A DNA stretch of 64,000 nucleotides from positions 1 through 64,000 of the forward strand of contig JAAILG010000763.1 in assembly GCA_012026655.1 (NCBI GenBank). Reading direction: 5' to 3'. This DNA comes from Hydrolagus affinis (taxonomy: Eukaryota). The notes under the pieces are model-generated. The model did no database searches and was not told where the DNA came from. It saw only the letters and a program-made list of their open reading frames with translations. Made by a program: the position numbers and the translations under genes. This document shows, in pieces, positions 51,361 through 63,112 of this stretch (position 1 is its first letter; each line of letters opens with the position of its first letter).

Positions 51361-52317
51361 AGTGTTTTGGAGTAGAGTTCCCTATTACAGGCAGCTGGGA
51401 CATGCCATCCACTGCAGATGGAATGGGTAAATCCTTTTGTCAACTGATGCGTTTCACCCATTGACATCTAAATTTACTCATACTGTTGGTGTTGCAATCT
51501 TCCAGCTATTTCAGCTGTAAACAATTTACAACCAGCGTGTATCTGAGAAATAGCCAATTTTACAAATGGGAACACTGGGAATGCTATTTAGTTGGCAGCC
51601 TGAAAGTTTGGGTTTAGCATTATTTGAGTAAATTTCTGGCATGATGTTGTCCAAGTCGGAGCAATTATTTACTCAGATACTCCAAAAGCAAACTGACATA
51701 ATCAGGTTAACCCTGAGCGCTTAATTGGTCTAATATAGTTCACAGAACAGAATCGTGAATTATCTCAGTTATCAGAACCATTTAGAATTCAGTGGTTGAT
51801 TAAAAATGGAAACAAAAGAACCCATTGTTTTATAATAAAGACAAAAGTTAATCTACCAAATCCATCTAATTTCACGCAAAAAATTCCAATTGGGAATGCA
51901 GCTGAATTAAATCGGTTGCGAAAGAGAAAGGATTCAATTTAAAGGGAAAATTAGATTACAAAAGATGTCAACTTGGTTGAATGATTCTAACTTTTCTCAG
52001 TCCATTCTTTAAAAGAACATATAGAAAGAAATCCAAATGCAGGATTCAAAGGGTTAAGGCTGTACAGTAGTAATTACCACTGTAGCAAAATATGTTGTTT
52101 TGTTTTCATTAAAAACAACACAACCGTTAGCTTTGTGGTTTGCCAAAGAAGCCTTTTCCAAAGCAGCCTGCAGCACATTCCCATTCGATCCCAGCCAATT
52201 AATGCTTATCCAAATGCATTACACCTCATGGAGCTCAAGACACTGCAACTTCTAGCTAAATTCACAGACACAATAGGAAAGGTCAACCACATGGGTCATC
52301 TGTTTGTTTATCCTTAC

Positions 52318-52438
52318 CCATTCCTTTGGTTTGGTTGAAATCTCCTTTTATTATCTTGCAGGACTTGCCGTCACCACTGCACACCCCACAGCGATCTTCT
52401 TTAGCCAAAGAGCCAATGATTCCATCACAGCCAATTTT
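52318..52438 (-). CDS. ADAMTS17: ADAMTS17 exon, Cys-rich end and spacer start ([40 protein letters not shown]), phase 0-1
   Basis: taacag|AAA acceptor, G|gtaagg donor, 121 nt; ADAMTS GCDG...DRCGVC motif. Confidence 0.96.
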
Positions 52439-53243
52439 CTGTTAATAATAAACAGGTGTTTCCATTATTGGCCAGAATTCACTACAAACAGCCTCCATGA
52501 TTTGCTTCACTTACAAAGCAGGAAAAAAAAGAAAGCCGAATATTGAGGTGGTCCCTTAGCCCAAGAATAACATTGCTTCACTCTCCCACTGACATTAATT
52601 CTTAGATCGACAGGATATCATGAAGCAAACATAATTTGTAAGAATGATTTTTCTTTTGCAGTGTACTGACTGGAATGATTCAAATCGGACTCCCTGATTG
52701 ATTTTATAATAGGCTAAAATAAGTGGCTTGCTGGTTCATTAAAAAAAACAACTGGAAGATTTCTTCTTGAACAGAGTTTAGTGAGAGAAAATCACCTAAA
52801 GTATCAGACACACAGACTAAAATACTGCTGCAAAATAAACCAATATACATGCTGTGTAGGCAGAATAATCTAATCCATCACATAATTCAATGAGAACGTT
52901 AGAAAATTAAATGTTTTTCCCAATGAGCCAGTCCTCACCGTCACTCAGTTCTCCAAGGACTACAGATGACAGACCAAGCCTGGCTTCTTAGTAAGGCCTG
53001 GAGGAGCAGATCAATCACTGGAGACTGGGATTCTTCCTAGTTAGCTCCTGTTAACCCTGCAAGCCAAAGCCCTAACAGATAGGGTAGTCCTTGCCAGACA
53101 AGTAGAGGGAAACTTGCCAGTGTTCGCAATTTTAGTTGTTTCTATCTTTGCTCACTTGCTACACAATTACCAACACAATCATTTTCCCCTCCAAATAAAA
53201 GCAAAATAAGTGAACCATTGCTCATCCCATACAAATGATCAGT

Positions 53244-53531
53244 AGAGTCCTGTGGCTCAGTGGTTAGAGCATTCGCCTTGCAAGCGTGAGACCTGGATTT
53301 GATTCCCAGCAGGGCAAAACCTTGGGCAAGTTATCCTTACTCCACATGCCTGGTAATGATCCCTCAAGAAAAAGATAATAAATTGGTCACTTCAATCGCT
53401 GACTGTTTACAGTACACTGCTGTGAGCAATTGGCTGCCGCATTTCGCCCACGAATATACAGTCAATTCACTTTACAGTATGAGATGGCTCGAAGACATGA
53501 TCAGGCACTATATCAAATGCAAAGATTATTA
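53244..53531 (+). mobile_element. Full-length tRNA-derived SINE, short form (only plus-strand full copy in the visible introns)
   Basis: gagtcctgtggctcagtggttagagc head to tatcaaatgcaaagattatta tail. Confidence 0.92.
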
Positions 53532-56500
53532 TATATTATAGGGCATGCATTTTCTTTGTTGTTGCAATCCTGGCTGCCTAAGAATAATATCCAAACTATT
53601 GATGGCAACCCTCCTCTCTCTTCCCACCCCCCCACAAAATAACACTTTATAGCAATGGGGAGGCTTAGATCCGCAAATATTACAACAACAACAAAATTAC
53701 ATTTATAGAGCGCCTTTCATGTCGGGAGGACGTCCCGCTGTGGGTCAAGGATAGACGGCACCCACTATACAGCACTCATGATAAACATTTACTAAATCTT
53801 CCCAAACTAAACTAATTTGAGCTGAATCAATTCTCCACCTCACATATTGTTTGGAGGCAAAAAATCCATTATCATTCAAGGCCTCTGTATACAGCAACAG
53901 CTTCACTGGGATTGAGCAGTACGGTGTATTTAGATTGTTTTCCCATAGTATTCACCCACTTCATGGAATGAGATCTATTATTTTTTATTATGAGAGCAGA
54001 CAACAGGTCAACATTGCACAGGTAAATTAATAAAATAAGCATATAATTTGCCATTCGCGACACATAATAAAAAAGAGTACAATTCAAAATAAAATGGGTG
54101 AAAAGCATTGCCAATTGAAACAGGGGGATGCATCCATTGAGCCTGACGTTCTGTCCTAAAGCAATGATCTTAATTTTTTTTAAAAAAAACATGCTGCATC
54201 CTCTTTGCAAGAGACATAAAGTACTCCAGGCACATCTTGGGAATAACTAGTCTGCTCCAAGAAACAAGATTAAGCACTTGATCTGTCCTAGTGCTGTACA
54301 CCAATCAATCACGTACTTAACCTGAGACAAGAACGGGCCTGCTCTGAGACACATATATATTGTAATAACTTAATCTCTTTCACATTCATTCACACAGGGC
54401 CACAGAGCTAGTGCACAACAGCGTGCAGTAATCTACATATGGGAGATGGGGGTAAGGCAAGGGGTTAACAAGGATGTTTCACACTTGTTACTTACTGAAG
54501 AAAGGTAAAATGACAAATTACTGTAAATAGATAATTTATTAGTCTGTAATGCTCATTGTAATCAAATATGTATAGGAAAAGCCTGCTATTCTCCTCTCTC
54601 CCTACCCATAAATAATGCACATTTTTACACATGGTTATGCTATTGCAAAGCCAGTGCCACATTTATTTTTTAAATGAGGATGAACTAGACACCAGTTTGC
54701 GTGCTAGCCAGTAATAGATCTAAATGGGAGTTTAGGAAGAACTCCTTTACACAGTGGTGCTAAGAAGGTGGAACTCACTGATGGAATATGCGGTTGAATC
54801 AGTAAGCTTCTCATTTGAGAGGAGAATGGGGGTGGGGGAATAGGAGGAGGGAATAGGAGGGCTGGAGAAGGGGTATAAAAACTGAGCCAATCATCCTGTT
54901 TCTGTACTGTAGAGTTCTATGTATTGATGCTTAATGTCCTTCAGATTTTCTTGTTCGATCTCTGGACGTTCTTTCATCCTTAAAGCTAACTCAGGGTGAG
55001 AGATCTCCCTGCTTCGAATCATGGGTGGAACTTCTGCATCTGCACAGAATTAAGGGAAACTACACCACCGAAGCATTCAACAACAATGAACAACTTAAGA
55101 AAACTGCACACAGCCTCTGCAGATATTCAGTGGAACAGAATCTGTCAATTTTGTCTTCATCAATAGTGAATAATGAGGGTGGTGAACGAGGCTCATGTAC
55201 ATACACGTTTCATAGAATATCAATCGTTAGAAAGACAGAATAAAAGACATATCTCTCTCCCTTGCTCTAACTATCACTATATCAGGTGGGAATTTATGTT
55301 CTTAGCTCAACCTCCTGGGTTCATCCTCCTAGGTGAATGAACCTAGCTCCACAGTGTAAAACCACCCACAAATGTCCACTTGTATAAAATGTCAAGCAAA
55401 CATAATTCAGAAGTTTTTCCAATCTCCTTGGTCAGGCAATAACATCCCCACCCACACGTAGGAAAGGTGAACCCTTCCCAGAGGCTGAACAAACTCTTGC
55501 TCTGTCACAGGGAAGCTTTCTGTTTCTGAGGTTTTAATGAAAGTAAGCTACAATCCACACAGTTGCCAGCACCAGTGCTGACTGCAAGTCGAAATCAGGT
55601 AAATAAGTGAGAAACACCATTTGTAACTTAAAGTAAATAAATGTAATGCAACATTTAGAGATGGCAAAGTGCATTATTATCACATTGCTAAAGTCTAACC
55701 TTTTTATCTCAGTCCTTTTATCTCAAGATTATTTGCTTGAGCAGTACAGTACAGGTGGCAACTCTATTTACACCTGTTCTAAAACCATCCTGTAAATATT
55801 ACTATTAATATTCCATCAAATGGTTTCAATAAGATGGTTCCACTGAAGCATTTAACTCTACTTCTCTTGGGCAGCTGGCAGAAGACATAGAACATGTGTC
55901 TATATTAACACTGTGGAAGAAGAATGCCCTCTCGCTATTCACAACAGATTGTTTCCATCCCAGAACCATATCACGCAATTTCAAGCTTTGGATGACAGAA
56001 GGTGACTTGCTCATTATATAATCAACGTTTTAAAGGATTCCATATGGTATAGCTCACTCTTCTGCGAAACAAAAAACTGTTTATATAGAAAACTTGCACA
56101 TATGTAGAGAAGAGAGGCCTTACCTAAACAACAAAAAAATTATATTTGTATAGCGCCTTTCACGTCAGAAGTACATCCCATATCTTAAAGGTTATTGCTC
56201 AGGGTAGCATGCACCACAAAAGACGTGAAATCAGTGATGACTTAAAGACCTGGATATGCTGACTGGCAGCCATTTTTAGCATATCCTAATATGAGTTGAC
56301 ACAGATTTAATGACCCAAGCCACATTGGAACAAGGTCCGGCTGCAGCTATAATTTAGACTAATAACAAACTTTATTCCAAGATGCCTTCTCTGTGTTAAC
56401 ATCAGATGGAACAGTCAGTATGAAGGGCAAAAGAAACAGGAAGATATGGTACTCACCTTTCCAAAGCCAAAGAGTAACACGGGTGCTGTTAATGACTGCA

Positions 56501-56532
56501 AAGAAAAACATTCTTTGGAATGTGACACTCAC

Positions 56533-56660
56533 CTGGCATTTGCCATTCACACACAGGTCAGTCTCATAAGGTCCACAAGAAGTTCCATCAAGAACACGTT
56601 GAGTTACCAGGATTGTGGATTCTTTTCCAAAAGCAGAGCAAAATAAGGCACACGGCTTGT
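56533..56660 (-). CDS. ADAMTS17: ADAMTS17 exon, Cys-rich domain ([43 protein letters not shown]), phase 1-0
   Basis: ttacag|AC acceptor, CAG|gtgagt donor, 128 nt. Confidence 0.95.
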
Positions 56661-58534
56661 CTGTAACAGAAACAGGCTGCTCTGATTAGTATAGGCACGT
56701 ATGAGGATAAGTGCTTCATGGATATACAAACAAAGAGAAAAGTGCAACTTGGAGAACAAATAAATTACAATGGGGACAAAATTTGAGTAAATATGCTTTG
56801 AAATCCTTTAACTTCCTCCGACCTCCCAATACTGGTAGCAGATAAACTGAGAAAATAATGCAAGCCTGTATCTTGGTAGCCCACTCGTTAGGTTGCTGTT
56901 TTAGAAACGGGAACAGATGTGGGGGTGAATGTCGTATAATGGAGGGGAACAGGAGGGTGGGAGCTCACGTGGAATACAAGAACTGGCATGGTCTAGTTGA
57001 GAGAAATAGCCTGTTTCTATTCCGTATCACTCGGTGTAACTAGCTGTCAGGTATGACCTTACTGGCTGTCAATTTAGTTAAGACATTATCCAGTAAAGCA
57101 GTTTAGAAAGGCCGAAATCCACCATCCGAGATTCCAATTTAGGCCCACCCAAAAGTTTCATAATTCGGCCTGGACCACGTTTAGAGTCTGCTGGGCAATT
57201 AGTGGAAATTCTTCTCTGTTGTCTACGTGTCCCTGATATTATTTTGTTCTGCAAGGAATACCCATCTCACTCAGATGTAAACTCAGTGGTTTGGTTAGTG
57301 CAGCGGATGCCTTCAAAAGAGAAAAGCAACCAAACAACCTCATATTTTTACTAATTCCAAAAGGCCCGAGTAAGTATACTGGAGGACTTTGAAAAATGGA
57401 ATATTGAAATTGCCCAGATCAATTGAACATGAGGTAGATGGGGTAAGTGGGGTGGGGTGAGGGTGTGGGGGGGAGTTCAACAAACAGAAGATGTCCTTCG
57501 GGCTAGCCTGGCTGATCCCAGATTATTTCCTGTCCCACGACTGTTCTATGTATTTTCCGTTACAACCAAGTTCATAACTCTGACCAGCCTCTCCACAAAC
57601 AATCACTGCATGGGCAACAGCTGTGGTTGAACCGGTTCTGACACTTGGAATAGCTTGTTACTGGAAAATAAGCTGCTCATGTAAACACATTCAGAGACCG
57701 GCACCACTACAAAACAAATCTGACATCCAATTCTGTGGTTAATGGTGAAAGCATTTATTGGCTCCTAAGACATGCTTTCAGACAGCGTAGTAGCTAGAAA
57801 ATTAATGTGGTTTTCTAGAAAATGTATGACCCAGTAAACTTTTTTCTATTACATGTAATGGCCAAAAATGCCATCATATGGAGATGTATTTTTTCCGCTC
57901 CCTCTTTGCCAATTTCCTCCTCTCCTCAATGTCTGCAACTCCTTTTCCTTCTGCTTGGATTGAGTTCCATGTTCACCGGCACTATCCTGTAGCTCACCCT
58001 CACAATTACGATCACTAATTGTGTGTGAACCACAATGTGTGAGATGTTGTGGGTTATTCAGCAAAGGGGGGTGGGGGAGGGGGGGTGTTTCTAATGAAAC
58101 TAAATAGAAATGAATAATAACTGTAAACAATTAGCGACAGACCATATGGAGATACGCAGTAGTAATCGTTTCCAAAGTCATTCTGATAACATGCAGCGAA
58201 AATACTGCTACCAATTTGTTGCAGATAGGTGCCAAGGGCACGGTTTCAGCCGAAGAGACTAGAGAACATTCGGCACCAAAACCTGATCGATGTTTTTGAA
58301 ATTCAGCGCTGCATCCACACCTACGCTGCACCTTTGCCATGAAATTGGATGCTTTCCCCTGCCAGCCATGCAACACAAACAAGCGGACAGACCACAGAAA
58401 CCATGCCACAGCCCTAATGGGAATTACACAAGTGCAGTGCAGAGGGCAGGTGTGGATTGTACTGAGCTCATTTGACCACAAGATCATTGAAAATTTCGGG
58501 TTCTTCAACAGGCAACACAATAACTTTACTACTG

Positions 58535-58857
58535 TAATAATAATCTTTGCATTTGATATAGCGCTTTTCAGACTTCTAGATGTCTCAAAGCACTTCACAG
58601 AATATACTGTGAAGTTAAGTGACAGTATATTGGTGGGCAAAATGCAGCAGCCAATTACGCACAGCAGTGTCCCACAAACAGTGATGGATTGAAATGACCA
58701 ATTTATTATTGTTTTTAGGCAAACAGATATGTTTTTTATTTGAGAGAATCAGGTATGTGGAGTAAGGAAACTCGCCCGAGGATTCACCCTGTCTAGAATT
58801 GAACCCAGGTCTCTCACTTGCAAGGTGAGTGCTCTAACCATTGAGCTACAGGACTCC
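58535..58857 (-). mobile_element. Full-length tRNA-derived SINE
   Basis: Head ggagtcctgtagctcaatggttagagc on the minus strand, core and tail intact. Confidence 0.92.
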
Positions 58858-59199
58858 ATAACTTTATTCTCATGCTGTGTGATTTCGATAGCGCTCTTCA
58901 TTGGGATAAGATGGAATCAGCACAAGACATGTTACACCTTCCAGAGTCAATTAAAGAGTCATTAATGAGTTATTAGAGTCAACTGTAGGAACAAAACCGC
59001 AACCAATTCAGGTCACAACTTATACTCTGAGGGCTTCGTTGGCAGTAATTTTGCAGTTTATATGGTGCAACCTGTTGTTCCTTAGCCTTGCATTGATTCA
59101 AGTATATTCAAGGGCATTATCGGGATCAGACAGCAGTTTGTAAATAAAGGTCATCTGCTGAATTAATGAGCAGTTCAGATTGCCCTGGTCCTGCATTTA

Positions 59200-59315
59200 T
59201 CAAATGGAACAGTTTTATGAGTTTTATCAAATACAGATAAACAACATCCAGCATCCTAATCTGTAGGCCTGTAACTTCCTCAAAGAAATGCAGTAAATTT
59301 GTTTTGATTACCTCT
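59200..59315 (-). mobile_element. Short CR1 RT fragment
   Basis: TNLLHFFEEVT...LDVVYL resembles CR1 TNLLEFFEEVT...DVVYLDF. Confidence 0.75.
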
Positions 59316-60790
59316 GCCATCATAAGACCTGCTAATGCACTGACACGTCCCCTTGAAGATGATCGCTTGTGTCTCAATGTCTCATCGTATATTAGACAAT
59401 CAATTTGAGAATTATAGGTCTGTCATTGGATGATAATCCTTAGCCCTTGCTAACAATTGCGAGTTCTCAATGTTGGGATTTCCCCCTCTCCCTAGAAGAG
59501 TGAACTTGGAAAAATATCCATGAGGATACAATCACCTGAACTTATCACTACGTTGAGGGTGAACGTATGTCAGTCTCTTGAGCCTCACCTCGTTTGCATT
59601 TCTGCAACAATCCCAATAAGTCATCTCTTATATTGCAGGGTGTCTACACTCACTCTGAAATTCATGTATGTCTTTCATTTGCTCCCAAGTCCTAAGAATG
59701 TGCACATTATTGCTTACAGCTATACTGTCCAGGTGCAGTGGGCTTGTGTTATTCCACGTGGTTCTGATAGTATTTCTCTCAATAACCATTAGTATTATTC
59801 CTGGCTGGTTTAGAACGTGCAGCTAAGTTACTTCTTCAACACAAAGCATCATTGCAGGAGCCTAACAAAAAGTATAACTTTGGGCCACATGGATAGAATC
59901 CAAAATACAATCAAACCAGGTCAAGATTCAAAGGGGAATATTAATCTGAATTGCTCATACATTCTGCAGATGGTGTTTGTTTACAAAGTGCTGTGTGATT
60001 TCGACAGATAGCCGACTTCATTGGGATAAGTTGGAGTCAGCACAAGACACGTTACACCTTACAGGCCTGTTAAATCACTGCCAATGCCACCCCCAGAATA
60101 TAACAGGACAAACTCATAAATCAGCAATCATACAATACAACTTTAGGCCAGACAGATTTCTTCAGAAAGAACACGTTAATGTACTACGAAAATCATACAG
60201 TGCCTGGAAGTGAATTAATGTGGAATTTGCATTTTTGGCATATGCCAATGTGTAAACCTAATGAAGATTTAATGCTGACTGGGAACCGTCAACAAAGCTC
60301 CAGGACACTCAGTGACTTCAAAGCTGGCGTAAAATACCTAAATGTTTAGCTTCAACCCTGCGGCTGAACTGCAGTTTTGCTCTCCTCTCTTCCCTCTCCA
60401 AGCCGATTCATGTTTCTTAATAATGTCTTGGTTTGTGGGTTTTGTTTGCACCATTATTATGCAGGGGTGAACCTCCATGAGCACGAGTAAACATTGTAAT
60501 GGGACTACCCATTGTTAATGTGACAGCAGAACAAGATCTCTTGTGGTGTAGAGCAAGGGCACTAATGGTGAGGCAGAAAACACTGTCAGAAAAAGTGGGA
60601 GCCACTGACTCGAAGAATACTAAACGTAATGTTGGAAACATCCAAATCCGGATGACACATTGATCTTTTACAAGATCAAAGGATTGACACTTGCACATTA
60701 AAGCAAATGAAAACAATATAGGAGGACTGGGTCTTATATGTTTGATTGATCAATACGCTTTCAGTCGTTGAAAGAAATAGATTTGATTAC

Positions 60791-60957
60791 CATCGTTGAG
60801 CACTGCTGTCCAGTGCTTTCTCTTCTTATAACCTTGTCTGTCTTGAGACTGGCATTGCTGATCTCTGAAACTGGACATCCCTTTTAAGCAGGGCGAGTTT
60901 TCACACACTTTGTGCTCCACACTGGCTCTCTCGCAACTCTTTCCTCCAGGCCCAGGG
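60791..60957 (-). CDS. ADAMTS17: ADAMTS17 exon, TSR1 end and Cys-rich start ([23 protein letters not shown]...FRDQQCQ...WTAVLND), phase 2-1
   Basis: gactag|C acceptor, G|gtaatc donor, 167 nt. Confidence 0.95.
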
Positions 60958-61274
60958 CTAGTCAATACAAAGCATCATCAAACCAGTTATTAGATGGAGC
61001 CACATAAATCAGCTCACACAATTACCCTGGCTTCCTCTCTTTCAATCTAAAATCAGTTATTCCACATCGCAGAATGAAGTTTGCACATGTTTTCTCATTG
61101 CTTCTTGTGAACACGTTTTTTTTCTATTTCATTTCAAGCACCCGTGATAATTAAAGAAGGATAGTTTAGTGCATTTTAAGATCATTCCGAGCACTTGAAC
61201 CCTTACTTCGCTTGATTAAATATTTAGCAATGGCCAAAGCAGCAATTTAACTGTTAGAAAACAGTCTCGGGGAC

Positions 61275-61520
61275 CATAGATTGGGGAGGGGGATACTCAG
61301 CCAGAGATTCTAATCAAATTCCGATAGCATTCTTGATCATGATCCAGAGACCCCATGCTGGAAGGTGTATATATTGCCTACATTAGGTGAGGACACGATC
61401 AGCCTCAGTTACGTTATTCCTGCCCTTTCCCCAGTTGAAATGACTCCAAAAACCGTTGAAACACACATGGAAAATGGCTACTTGGGTGCAGGACTGGGTC
61501 CCCATGGAATCATTACTGTA
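61275..61520 (+). mobile_element. AmnSINE2-like SINE fragment
   Basis: tcagccagagattc...tgctggaaggtg...ggtgaggacacgatcagcctcag...aatggctacttggg. Confidence 0.65.
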
Positions 61521-62132
61521 AAACGGAAAAGGAATCAACCCAAATCAGGAAAGGACGAGAGGAGAAAATTGGAGGAGAAAAATTGGCCCGATTATATTAC
61601 ATAGTTTGTGTCAATTCAATTGCTTTCCATGTTGACTGAACGCTGGGAGTGCAACAGAACTGCAGCGGAACTGACAGCAACTAGATTTATAATATTGCTG
61701 CAAAACCATTTCCAAATCAAATCGATTTGCTTTTGTTGCAGTGGATGTAGGAACTATTTAGAGAGCCAGTCACACTCCCGGGCTTTTTAATGGCATGAAG
61801 AATTTGCAGAAGGTTTTGGCTGGTTAGGTAGTTGCACACGTGTGGAGTTTGACTTATCATGGACCCAAAGTGAATTGGAGTAGGCAACACAACTGCAATA
61901 TCCCTGAGTTATTTTACTACAAGCACTGGTTCAGATCCGCTTGAAGCATAAATGCATGCAATAAGCAGGTTTCTTTCTGCAGTACACGCAATGGTCTTAA
62001 TTATCAAAGAACTCCTGCAATGCATTCTTAGCTTTGAACACCCTCGCACACTTTGGCAAACGCAGAGAGCTCATAATGACAGCATCACAGTAAGAAATCA
62101 CAGCCTGTTTACAAACAGTCGCAGTAACTTAC

Positions 62133-62278
62133 GGCGGATTGTCGCATTTTCTTTGCCTGAACCTTGCTCCGGTTCCACATGTCCTGCTGCACATACTCCA
62201 CTGGCTCCAAGTGCTCCAGTCTCCATCGATGTGCTCCGGGATTGGGGTTTTGCTTACACACTCCCCTGCCCTGCACCA
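62133..62278 (-). CDS. ADAMTS17: ADAMTS17 exon, TSR1 start ([48 protein letters not shown]), phase 0-2
   Basis: attaag|TGG acceptor, CC|gtaagt donor, 146 nt; WxxWxxW and CSRTCG thrombospondin motifs. Confidence 0.96.
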
Positions 62279-62316
62279 CTTAATCACAGGGACAGGCATG
62301 CAAAGAATAAATAAAT

Positions 62317-62346
62317 ATACACAAACACACGCACACACACACACAC
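62317..62346. repeat. Imperfect (CA)n microsatellite, TG-rich on the pre-mRNA, about 40 nt upstream of the TSR1 exon acceptor
   Basis: Directly visible. Confidence 0.85.
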
Positions 62347-63010
62347 TAGGCGTTTGTCTAATGTTCTCTCTGTTGTGGTTCAATGCTTCAGGCAGCTATA
62401 GGAATAGCCGTGCCAACAGAGAGAAGCAAAATCACATGTGAATGTGGAAATTTCTCATTCAATCCCTCACTGCCTTTTGTAGTCTTCGCTGGAGAATGCT
62501 ACTTGGTGTCTGTTTTAATAAAGCACAGACATCCCTGAATCTAATGCACATTTGAGCAAACACATTATGATGCTGCAACAACAACTCACATTTATATAGC
62601 ACCCCACACCCAGGGTAGCATCCCAGAGCACTTGACAGTGGCAGAGCACGATACTAGGAGTTGATCTAAGATTTCTGAGATGCTAACCTGTGTGAAGGGC
62701 TCTCTATAAATGCAAGTTATTGTTGTTATCTCTCCTCATTTTCAGATGAAGCATTTGACACCGTGACAAGAGTTCAGTCTCACATGACCAAGATCTGAGA
62801 AACTTGCTCCAATTTCATTCAATGACGTATGGATTCATTAGCTGCAATGCAATTTCTTCTGATCAGACGTTCAGGACTGTTCTTACTTGGAAGCACGCAG
62901 CCATTGGCATTACGCTTTGATCCCTCATGTTGTGAACAGAAAAGATCATTTTTAAATGAAAAGTGACCCAAAGCGTAAACCAAATGAAACTTTACACATC
63001 TTTAACTTAC

Positions 63011-63112
63011 CTTATCAGTGCCACATTCTGTACCATCCAGCGGGGGATCCAGCTTAGTTTTACATGATGTGTCCCCTTCCACTAAACACCACAAGCCAGC
63101 ACACATGAAATG
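63011..63112 (-). CDS. ADAMTS17: ADAMTS17 exon, disintegrin-like region ([34 protein letters not shown]), phase 0-0
   Basis: tttcag|CAT acceptor, AAG|gtaagt donor, 102 nt open frame; absent from the ORF track. Confidence 0.95.

Larger units (their letters stand above)
15974..63112 (-). other. ADAMTS17: ADAMTS17 gene, visible 3' coding span (13 exons; 5' exons outside window)
   Basis: Exon sizes 102,146,167,128,121,81,158,160,136,205,153,178,152 sum to 1887 nt; all junctions GT-AG with compatible phases; peptides such as [39 protein letters not shown] and [26 protein letters not shown] match ADAMTS17 as I recall it. Confidence 0.96.

Noticed and set aside
53244-53320. tRNA-Ala(TGC)-like gene (also the heads at 7598, 12709, 43058, 58857)
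   Set aside because: Each continues into a shared SINE core and L2-type tail with no Pol III terminator after the tRNA part; these are SINE heads.
57440-57473. G-quadruplex-like G runs (also near 40922 and 58066)
   Set aside because: Common low-complexity tracts on the template strand with no supporting context.
15974-63112. Assignment to the paralog ADAMTS19
   Set aside because: TSR1 entry ([15 protein letters not shown]...[20 protein letters not shown]) and the spacer peptides fit ADAMTS17 as recalled; a phylogeny would be the formal test.
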